64,000 bases of DNA from Felis catus (taxonomy: Eukaryota): assembly GCF_018350175.1 (NCBI RefSeq), contig NC_058377.1:108810001-108874000 (forward strand), written 5' to 3'. The position numbers and the translations under genes were made by a program. The notes beneath the pieces are model-generated. The model worked only from the letters and a program-made list of their open reading frames with translations. It did not search any database and had not been told where the DNA came from. This document shows, piece by piece, positions 25,601 to 35,830 of this stretch (position 1 is its first letter; the number at the start of each line of letters is the position of its first letter).

Positions 25601-28600
25601 ATCAAAGAAAAGAAGCCTCGTTTCTGGGTCCTTGTTGGAACAGTTGGAAGAAGAGGACCTCTCTGCTGGGCATGCTAGGGATGCTAATTTGCAAGGATTT
25701 GGGGCTAGAGTGGCAGGTGGCCATTTTCCTAACACAAGGGAAGAACCACCCTAAGCACAAAACCACACAGAGGACTACAGAGCAGAGAGGTAGCAGGAGA
25801 CCAACTCCTGACCAGCATTCGAGTCCTGGATCCAGCCATTCCTGAAACCCCCACACCCTGAATTTGCTAAGTAATTTGAGCCAATTAATTCCTCTTTCTC
25901 CTTAAGCATTTTTGCCCTGAGCGTCTAACCCTGATGGAGGGGGCAGGTGAGGGACCAGGTGACCTCTGGGGATCCTTAGTCCTCTAGTGTTGATGAGCCT
26001 AAGAGTGGGATTCTTGGAGCTCAGATTCTAAAGTTCTGAAGATCTTTAAGCAGGAAGCAAATCAACTGTCTCAACGTCAATCGTTCAGGAAATCGGCTTT
26101 GTAAAAATGAACACGTACAGGAAACTTCAATTTTTACTCTCAATCCACTTTGAGTGGGTCTGGACAAGTGCGTAGGCAGTCAAAACCATCCCATGTAAAA
26201 CCAACCGCTATAACCTTTATAAGTTATTAGAAGAAATGACTGTTTGGCAAATCATAATCTGGCTAATTAGTCATTTCATAAAGGGGGCTTTCAACAATTG
26301 ACTATCCGCTTAATTGGCTTTTAGAGGATCGCCTTAGAGCTCTTTGGACCAAAGGTCTAAGCTCTGTAAGTTCTCCCGAGTCTCAGATTCTCAAACTCTG
26401 CCACTGAGACCGGACTTCTGTGTCTGACCGTGGAAGGAGGGCCAGCACCTGATTTTCGGAGTTCGGTCAGTGAGTCATCCAGTAGATTCTCATGGATCCG
26501 GGCTGCCCTCTGGGAAGAAAAGGCTTTTGTCCTGCCAGAGTTCCCTGTCTGCCTTTTTCTGGAACACCCTCCACCCTTCCCTCCAGCCTCTGTGCCCACC
26601 CCTCTGGCTTCCCTCACTGGCCCACCTGCCCCACCGCACTCAGTACCTCCTGCTTTATTTTCTCCAGGCCTTTGAGCAGAGCCATCTGGAAGTTATCCAC
26701 CAGGACGGCGATCACCAGGCTGGGGATGGTGGGGGTGGGGAGTGGGGGCGGGTACTCTCAAGGAGGAGGCTGTAGGAGAGGCCCTGCAACCCTCCTCCAG
26801 GTTCGTTGCGGCACAACCAAGGGGAGATGGCTGGAGAGGCTGGGCAGGGGTGCCCCAGGTTAGGTGGGGATTGGGGGTGAAGCTGGGGAGCAAAAGCAGG
26901 GGTGGAGTCCTTACTTGAGGAAGATGAAGTATTGGATGATGATGTAAATCATGAGAATAGGGATGATGTACCAGGCGCCTGGGAGAGAGGGCGTCGTTCG
27001 AGCCGTGAGTTCCTTGACGGCCCTCCCTACACCCCTGCCAGCATCAGAAGCCCCACTTCGCATACGGGGTAACGGAGCCCTCGGGGTCTGCCCTCCCAGC
27101 CAAGCCCCTGCCCTCCACCCAGCCTGGGGCCTGTCCCACCCTGGGCCCGGCTGTCCAGGTAGATGAGGGACCAGTCGTCCAGGGTGAGCATGGTGAAGAG
27201 AGTGAAGACGGTGGTGAAGATGTTCTGAAAGCGCTTGGGGTCAGATTGATGGAACAGAGCCCGGAGCACCACAGAGAAGAGGACTGGCTGTTCAGGGCCA
27301 AACCAGGCTCACAGGGTCCCGTCCACCCCCCCTCCCCCCCCCCCCCCACCGCTACAAACCCTTCCACCGCAGCACCTCAGGCTCCCACCCCAGCCCCCAC
27401 AGCACAGGATACAGAGGCAGGTAAACATGAGGATAAGGATAGCGGTGACGGATGGCAAGGACCGGACCAGAGTCCCGGTCACTTCCTGGAGGCTGGTCAA
27501 GAAGCTGTGGGCAGAAGTTGAGAGCGAGGCCGAATGAAGGAGCAGGGGTGGGGATCTGTGCCCAGCAGCCGGAGACTGCAAGTGCGGGCAGGAGGTCCCC
27601 GTTTTGCCCGGGGGCTTGGGACAGTCCAGCCCTCTCTGGAAAATGACTGATCTGAGCAGATGGCAGGAGGCTTATCAGAAGTGGGCTGGAGCCTGTAGTC
27701 TCTTCATCCCCCATCCCTTAAACAGGTCACAGGAGACACGCTGGTTGCCCGGGCCTGTGTCCCCATCTCCTGCGGAGTCCCCGCACCAGGGTGGGCAACC
27801 GTGGCCCAGCTGACCTGAGCCTCCGCAGGACCCGGATGGCCCTCAGGGCCCGCAGGCTCTTGAAGACCTTGAAGATCCGGAAGACGCTTTGGTGGTAGAC
27901 AAAGGAGAAGGAGTTGAACTGCAAAAGCATGAAGTCCAGCATAGCCATGATCATGATGAAGAAGTCTGAGGGCACAGCGGGGGGGCTGGGTGTCACTGAC
28001 TCCTGTCCAGGCACCTGGCTCCCAGACCCCCTGTCCTCCCGAAACCAACGCCCTCCGCCAGTCCGCTTTCGTCCTCAGCCTCCTCTAGCAGTCCCGTGGC
28101 TCCCTCCACACACACACACACACACAGACACACACACCATCCACACTCACCCAGAATGTTCCAGGAGTCAGAAAAATACTTGAGGCCTAGAGCAATGATC
28201 TTGAGCACAGCTTCCACTACGTAGATGCAGAGGAAAATGGAGTCCAAGGCCATGAAGTACCACTCTGCACGGACACAAGCGGCTCACTGGGGGCCACCCC
28301 CCAGCAACCTTAGCCCCTCTCCCCTCCTCCCCTCTGGAACCTCACACAGCCCTGCAGGGAGCACCCGGCTCTGCCCTGATGGCTGTGTGTCTTCACTGCT
28401 CTGTGCCTCAGTTTTCTTGTCTGTAAAGCAGTGATAACACCGTCCCTGGCCTGACCCCCTGAACTCAGGACTGATCTCCTGAATTCAGGAAACTTCTAGA
28501 AGCTTCTACCTGTCAGTCAGTCTTACCTTTTAGAGACTAAGGAAGGAACTGCCGGAACCGAAAAAAGAAACATTTGAGAAAGACTGCCGGCACAGAATCC

Positions 28601-31600
28601 GAGAGTTGCCAGAAAGTTCCTCTCAGCCTCATTATAATGTTAAAATCCTCCTCTGAATATTCATCCCCAGCCCCAGTAAAAGGAGTCTGCTTTCCCTTGT
28701 TAGGGGAATCACAGCTTTAGAAAGTATTTCCCTTGGGGCCTCCTGGGTGGCTCAGGTCAGGATCTCACGGTGGTTGGGGGGTTTGAGCCCCGCATCGGGC
28801 TCTGTGCTGACGGCTCAGCTCGGAGCCTGGAGCCTGCTTCAGATTCTGTGCCTCCCTCTCTCTATGCCCTTCCCCCGCTCACGCTGTCTCTCTCTCTCTC
28901 TCTCTCTGTCTCTCAAAAAAGGAATAAATGTTAAAAAAAGAAAAGAAAAGAAAGTATTCCCCTTGATGTCCTTATTTCTACAGATAAAGATGACCTTGTG
29001 AGTTAACTCAGCCTGGTGTAGTCTGCCTGTAACTCACCAAGCAGCAGACCCACCTTGGTCGGGTGACGATACCGGTCTGTCTCGTAGCATTTTTGTGAAT
29101 ATTACATTCATTTCACACAGAATAAGAATGCAGCCACTTTTATTCTCTCTTTAGTTAATGTGTGCTGTGGCAGGCCTTTCTTTCACCTTGCTACCAGGAG
29201 TCCTAGGGCCCACCTTCCCCAGTTTTCCACCCTCACCCTTCCACCGCATTCCAGGGTCTCCGGGCCCTTCTGGGCGACCTGGGTTCCACCAGCTGCCCCG
29301 CAAAGCGGCGTGTTTAGGGTTGGCGCGCCACCTGGTGTCTGTATCACGAACAGCACGTCCTCCAGTTTTGCGGGCCTGTCTGTGGCTGACTGGTTGACCT
29401 CAGCAAAATCTCTGAGGCTCATCTTGAATACTGGGCAATGCTGTCGACTTCCCACGGGTCAGAATCAAATGAGCTAAGTTACATAAACCGCCCGACACTA
29501 GATTAGGCCCACAGGAGGCCTGGAACAAGATCTATGGCCGGCTCCATGTGAAGGGGATTCCCCAACTCTTACCACCCCGGACCTCGACTTCGGCAAAAGT
29601 CTGGGCCACAAGCATGATAGTGTTGAGGCTGACGACGAGGAAGATGAAGGCTTCAAAGGGTAAGGACTCAGTCAGGTTCCTAAGCATTCCCCGGAGGCGC
29701 TGAGTGAGGTGGCTTAATTTTTCCCACAGCCTGTAGAAGAGATCCACGGTGTGCAGCTTCTTGTGGGCCCGCTGAGTTCTGGCGGCTATAAGGGGGACAG
29801 AAAGTCAAGTCTGTGTTGGAGGAGGAGGCATACTCCCAGACTGACTTGGGGTTCGTCTTCATGCCTGCCTGCTTGCCTACCATTCACTCACTGAAGTGCC
29901 CGTAGACTAGTCCTGTGCTGGTCCTGCGGCCACCGTCCTGACCCCTTCCGTGGCAGATGCTGGCCTGTTTGGGATTTGTGGTCTACTCAGGCGCATCTTG
30001 CAGGCTCGTGCTTCTACACCTCCAGGCCTTTCTCTACCCACATGGCAACTTAAGCACGGAAAACCCCATTCTCGTCCCTAACCCGTCGTCTGGGTAAACT
30101 CTCCCTCTCCCTCTGAGATCCTGCTGGAACATCCCCTCCTTTTAGCTGCCTTCCCTACTGCTATCCAGTTAGGCACCTGCCCCTCTCTGCTTGTTTGTGA
30201 GGCTGTTGCTCTGTTTACTGAACCATTAGAGGCCAAGCTTGGAGGACTGTGAATTAATAGCTAAGGTCCCTTCTGCCCTCAAGGCCCTCATTCAGACACC
30301 GGTTCCCAATCTCTGTCAAGATGCTCATGGTTGAGTGGGGGCAAATGTGGACAAATAGAATCCACAGTGGTAACTGCCCTGATATGGTGGGCTAGTCTAG
30401 GATTGGTTGTCTAAGTGACCACCCCCAGTCTTGGAGCCCCTTGAGGGCAGGATTTTTTTTCTCTGTGCTTCCAGGGCCCAGGCAGGCCAGGCACCCATAC
30501 GAGACAAGAAGAAATGTTCAATCAGTGAGTGTACATACGCAAGGCAATGACTGGATGAACAAGTAGCAGAGGGCCTAAAGAGGTGCATCGTTCAAGGAAC
30601 AAAAGATGGATGATGGACAGCCAGGTGAGCGGATAGCCAATGGAATATGCGTGCAGGTTAGAGTCATGCCTTATGATCCGCCGAAGGTCAGTGCAGGGCC
30701 CGAGTCAGGCCTGAAATCTGGGCCAGGCAGTGGGAGTTGGGGCTGCGGGGAGCAGGAGCAGCGACTCACTTTTACGCTTCTGAAATTGCTCATCTTCTTC
30801 GGACCAGGTTTCCAAGGAAGTTGTAGAGGAGGAATCCTGAGGATGGACTTTGTTGGATATCTGGGATGCACACGAGTACACTACACTGAGGGAACGTCTC
30901 AAGCTGAAGGCCGAGTGCTGTATTTGTGCCATGCTGGGGTGGAGGGCTATTACGCTAGAATAGAAAGACGGTCTGGCCACACTGTGAGACCTGTGTGGGC
31001 CAAAGACTTGGGAGCTACCATGATGGTGCTCCCCATAGCGGTGATCACCAGGGAGATGATCATCACGACGTACAGCATGGTGGTGCTTGCCATGGTGATG
31101 CTCCTTGTGGTGGTGCTCACCATGGTGGCGCTCTGCGTGGTGGCCACGGTGGCGTTTGCTATGGTGGCCGTGGTGGTGCTCACTGTGGTGTCTGCCGGAG
31201 CGAGGTATGCGATCCTGGTGGGACCCCGCATAGGAATGGTGGGAATAGGTCTCTCCATGATGAAGAGGCCCTCTGTGGTGGTGGACTTCAAGATGATGCT
31301 TACCATGCTGATGGACCTCACTGTGATGGTGAGAGCCACCATAGGGGTTGGAATCCTTACGGTGGTAAGGCTCACCTTGGTGATGGAGCCCACTATGATG
31401 GGAAACTTTGCCATGGTGGTGAGATCCACCATGGTGGTGGGACCCCCTATGGTGGTGAGACTGCCCATCATGGTGGTAGGAATCACCACGGTGGCGGGGC
31501 CTATCATGATGTCTCCTGCTACCATGGTGGTAATCACCATGAACAGTGCCATGAGAAGGAGCCAGGGCAAGGGATGTGGAGTGGTGGGCTCCACTATGAT

Positions 31601-32108
31601 GGTGGGCCTCACCATGGTGGTGGGAGTGGCGGGGGTGGTGGGAATTGCCAGAATCGTGAGAGGAGGCATTGTCATGAGAGTCTGGATATTCACCAAGGTG
31701 GTGAGATCCACTATGATGGTGGGATATGCCATAATGCTGGGATGTGCCATGATGGCGGGACTTGTTCTGATGGTGGGACCTACTGTGATGGGAGGACCCA
31801 TCGTGATGGTGGGACTCACCGTGGTGGTGGGACTCACCATGGTGGTGGGGCCCCATGTGATGGGAGGACCCATGATGATGGTGGACTATGCCTTGATGGT
31901 GGGACCCGCCATGGTGGTGGGACCCACTGTGGTGGTGGGACTCACCATAGTGGTGGGACCCACCGTGGTAATGAGACCCACGATGGTGGTGGACTCCACT
32001 ATGGCCTGGTCTGTGCTGTGGCGTTGGTGAGTTGGGGTGAGATAACACATCCAAATTATTGGTGTCTGCCTCATTTTGAGCTGTTTTAGCCAACGAGTGT
32101 TGATCCAT
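22607..32108 (-). CDS. CATSPER1: Cation channel sperm-associated protein 1, 822 aa; join(complement 30770-32108, 29573-29785, 28151-28264, 27815-27965, 27413-27504, 27140-27283, 26915-26978, 26647-26719, 26449-26509, 24952-25027, 22794-22908, 22607-22633)
   Basis: MDQHSLAKTAQNEADTNN start; His-rich N-terminus; six TM segments; S4 RIFKVFKSLRALRAIRVLRRL; pore motif TLDDW; C-terminal ...IVDTAFE/TGEEDFRK*. Twelve exons sum to 2469 nt in frame, all GT-AG. Confidence 0.97.
25360..25935 (+). mobile_element. Old MaLR (MLT1J/K-like) LTR remnant in CATSPER1 intron 9
   Basis: CATGTGACCCAGACCTGGCCAATCAGA and CCTGGATCCAGCCATTCCTGAA motifs. Confidence 0.55.
28490..29068 (+). mobile_element. Probable ERV1 LTR remnant in CATSPER1 intron 2, split by a SINE (28735-28945)
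   Basis: LTR-like 3' end ...CCTGGTGTAG..TGTAACTCACCAAG..TTGGTCGGGTGAC; SINE flanked by AGAAAGTATT(T/C)CCCTTG duplication. Confidence 0.4.
29325..29356 (-). promoter_or_regulatory. Candidate CTCF site (core CACCAGGTGGCGC plus upstream TGCTGTTC motif) in CATSPER1 intron 2
   Basis: Minus strand reads GTGCTGTTCGTGATACAGACACCAGGTGGCGCGC. Confidence 0.6.
31060..32000 (-). repeat. Degenerate coding tandem repeat (18-nt HHHxGS units, then ~15-nt HHHxE/K units) in CATSPER1 exon 1
   Basis: Recurrent GGTGGTGGGAC(C/T)CACC(A/G)T on the + strand; translation HHHSGS HHHGGS HHHGES ... HHHKE HHHGK. Confidence 0.9.
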
Positions 32109-32239
32109 GACTATGCTGGGACCTCTGGAATGAGGAGAGCTCAAGATGTGGGCCAAAAGACTCCTTCCTGAATTGTTCCTCCCACCTAAGCTGTGGCACT
32201 GGGGTTTCTAGGAAAGCCCGAGTCTTCTCACGGAATTCT

Positions 32240-32350
32240 CCCTTTATGATGTCACCAGCAAGCCCCTTCCCAGGTCTAATTCCAAAATGCCTCCTCCTCA
32301 ACATTATAGTTCAGAATCAAGGATCATTGTGTCTAGTCTTTTCATTGTAA
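32240..32350 (-). promoter_or_regulatory. CATSPER1: CATSPER1 proximal promoter with CRE-like TGACATCA (32247-32254) and two SOX-type ACAATG sites (32325-32330, 32343-32348)
   Basis: Motifs read directly 140-240 nt upstream of the ATG; CREM/CREB and SOX factors are reported CatSper1 regulators in mouse and human. Confidence 0.5.
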
Positions 32351-32860
32351 AATGAGGAAACTGAGGTCAAGAAAAGGGAAGGGGTTATTTCCGCAGGGTC
32401 AGCTGGGAAGATGGCAGAATAGGAGGTCCCTAGGCTCACCTCATGATAAAGGTACAACTAAATAACACTCACATCAGGGTAAATAACCCAGAAAACAAGC
32501 TGAAGCCTGGCAGAACAAACTCACAACTAAAGGTAGAGAAGAGGCCACATCAAAGAAGTTAGGAAGGATGAAGACATGATTTGAGAGTGAAACAGACCAT
32601 AGCCATCAATGGTGGGGAAACAACCAGTGGTGCAGAGAAGGGTGAAAACAGACTTTCACACCAGGGAGCCCATGAACAGAGAGCATGAATCCCCATGATA
32701 TTTGTCCTTGAAAGCAAGAGGTGCCAAATTTCATGAGTTCTTACAACAATTGGGACTAAAAGCCTGGAATTTTTGGGTGTTTGTTTGTTTGTTTTGGTGT
32801 TTGTTTGTTTTTAGAGAGGGAGAGAGAGAACACCAGTGGGGGAGAGGGGCAGAGGGAGAG

Positions 32861-33282
32861 TGTGGAGTTATTTCTAAATGTATTGTAAGTCCTAGAGGGT
32901 GAATGGGGCAATAACTGAAACATCTGCAATGTCTCAAGGCTGTCAAATGTGATAACATTATGAGATACAGAGCCCCTTGATCCCCCAGAGGACAGTTAAG
33001 ATACAAAACCCGTTGTAACTCCCTGACCCTCCTTGAAACTACACGCACTCCCTGAATGTCTTCATGTAGTCAGCAGGTGCATGTCTGGTTTATGTCTAAA
33101 GATCCTTTGTGTTCTCTTTCCATGCTTTGATATGCTTTGATACTTATATCTAATGAAAACATGAAATAAAGGCTATGCATAGACCCCAGACCCCAGCTGC
33201 TGCTGCTGCTGTCTCACAGAGGCAGTCCTGCACATCTGCTTAATCTGGTGTCTGAGAACTTCTTCTTCAGTGCATGGCCACA
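32861..33282 (+). mobile_element. Probable solo LTR (422 bp) inserted in a SINE within the L1 5'UTR
   Basis: Ends TGTGG...CCACA (inverted termini); internal AATAAA at ~33165; splits a minus-strand SINE into two halves. Confidence 0.65.
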
Positions 33283-33287
33283 GAAGG

Positions 33288-33289
<2 letters not shown>

Positions 33290-33343
<54 letters not shown>
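33290..33343. repeat. (GA)n microsatellite from a SINE CT tract (another at 53533-53577)
   Basis: Direct reading. Confidence 0.9.
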
Positions 33344-33346
<3 letters not shown>

Positions 33347-35626
33347 CCTAAGTAGGTTCCACTCTCAGTACAGAGCCTGATGCAGGGCTCAGTCCCATGA
33401 CCCTGGGATCATGACCTGAGCCAAAATCAAGAATCAGAAGCTCAACCAACTGAGCCATCCAAACACCCCAAATCTGGAATTTTAAAAATCAGCAGGCTCT
33501 GCTCTGGGAGAACCTGGAGGGCATTAGGAAGTGGAGTCCCTGCCCTTAAAGAGACAGCACGACAAAGAGTCCATGCAGATACAGAAGCTTGAAAAAGTAC
33601 CAGTGGTTGGGGGGCAGATGGGAGGGAGAGTGATTTGCTCACTTCAGAGCATGACCCAGAGACACAGGGATCACAGGGAGACCCCTCCAGGAACAAAGGG
33701 GATGGCAGGTGTAATTTCCCTCTCCCAACTCCTCGGCATAAACAACAGACACCTGTGGGAACCAGCGCAGCCAACACTCACTACCTACATTGCTTATACC
33801 AAGCCCCACCCCCTCACACTTTGGTGAATCTGCCCTTCCCAGATACACTGACCTTAATGCTCCTGATGTGTGCCCCATCCCCCAGGAGACCAGTGCAAAC
33901 CCCACCAATACCTCATCTCCCTACCTGCACATTTTTTTGGACCTTGGGTCCAGTCACAGCAGGGGAACTTTTCATTTTGCAAGCAGACCACTTCACACCT
34001 TGTTAAAACGTGCCCCACTCCTGCTGGAGACCAAACACTACCAATAATAGGCAAAGAGAACCTGTGCAGACAACTGAACTGAGGGAAAAAGAGGCCAGGA
34101 CTCAATAAGCAGAGCACACACAACACACATAGGAGATCCTACTCCCTGAAGCTCCAAGCCCTAGGGAATGGGACACTCCACTTGCAGGGCACTACAGACC
34201 TTTTCTTCAGAAGGCTATTACTGTTAAAGGCAAGAGAAGTAGCAGAGTTTCCTTACACACAGAAACAGACACAGAGAGTTATACAAAACAAGGAGACAGA
34301 GAAATGTGTTCCAAATGAAAGAACAGGACCAAATCACAGCTAGAGATCTAAACAAAAAGGATATAAGTAATATACCTGATAGAGAATTTAAAGTAATGAT
34401 CATAAAGATACTTACTGAACTTGAGAAAAGAGTGGAGGACATCAGTAAGACCCTTAACACAGAGATAAAAAAGAAGCAATCAGAGATCAAGAACACAATA
34501 AATGAAATTAAAAATACACTTGATGGAATAAATAGCAGACTAGATGAAGCAGAGGAATGAATTGGTGACCTGGATGGCAGAGTCAAGGAAACTAGCCAAG
34601 CTGAGCAAAGGAGAGGAAGGAAAATTATGCAAATTGAGAATAGTCTTAGGGAACTTAGTGACTCCATCAAGGGTATCAAGGGTAATGACATTTGCATTAT
34701 AGGAATCTCATAAGAAGAAGAGAGAAAAGGGGGCAGAAATAGCTGAAAATTTCCCTAATCTGGGGAAGGAAACAGATAGCCAGGTCCAGGAGGCACAGAT
34801 ATCACCCCAAAATTCAACCAAGGAGGTCCACACCAAGACACATGGTAATTAAAATGGTGAAAGTAGTGATAAAGAAAAAAAATTTTTTAAGCAGTAAAAG
34901 ACATGAAGACAGTTACACACTAGGGAAACCCCATCAGGCTAGCAGTAGATTTTTCAGCAGAAACTTTGCAGGACAGAAGGGAGTGGCATGATATATTCAA
35001 AGTACTGAAAGGGAAAAATCTTCAGCCAAGAATACTCTATCCAGAAAAGCTATCAATTAGAGCAGAAGGAGAGATAAAGGGTTTCTCAGACAAACGAAAA
35101 CTAAAGGAATTCATGACCACTAAACCAGCCCTACAAAAAAACACAAACAAACATAAAAGCAGTGAAAATAAGTATTTCTGTAAAAATCAGTCAAGGGATC
35201 CATAAAAATATGAGGGGGGGGGATGTAAAATATGATACTATATACCTAAAATGTGGTGGGGAGAGGAGTAAAGGATGGGTTCAAACTTAAGTGACAATCA
35301 ACTGAATATGGACTGGTATATGCAGAAGATAGTTATATACCAAAAGGTAACCACAAATAAAAAAACCAGTAGTTGTTATACAAAGAATGAAGAGAAAGGA
35401 ATCCAAGTATATCACTAAAGAAAGTCAACAAACCATGAAAGAGAGCAGGAAGGATCAGAAAAAAATCTATAGAAACAGCCATAAAACAAGTAACAAAATG
35501 GCAATAAATACGTATCTATCAATAATTACTTGGAATGTAAATGGACTAAATGCTCCAAACAAAAGACATAGGGTGATTTATAAAAAAAGACATAGGATGA
35601 CAGTGGATAAAAAAACAAGACCTATT

Positions 35627-35830
35627 GGGGCGCCTGGGTGGCGCAGTCGGTTAAGCGTCCGACTTCAGCCAGGTCACGATCTCGAGGTCCGTGAGTTCGA
35701 GCCCCGCGTCAGGCTCTGGGCTGATGGCTGGGAGCCTGGAGCCTGTCTCCCTCTCTCTCTGCCCCTCCCCCGTTCATGCTCTGTCTCTGTCCCAAAAATA
35801 AAAAACAAAAAACAAAAAACAAAAAAAAAA
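35627..35830 (+). mobile_element. Young CAN-SINE inside L1 ORF2
   Basis: Diagnostic GTGGCGCAGTCGG..CAGCCAGGTCACG; TSD AAAAAACAAGACCTAT. Confidence 0.9.

Noticed and set aside
31060-32000. Regularly spaced repeats superficially like a CRISPR array
   Set aside because: Degenerate coding repeat of the CATSPER1 His-rich domain in a mammalian genome; no unique spacers or cas genes
32109-32156. 16-codon upstream extension of the CATSPER1 ORF in the ORF track
   Set aside because: Begins at a non-ATG codon; the conserved start is MDQ at 32108
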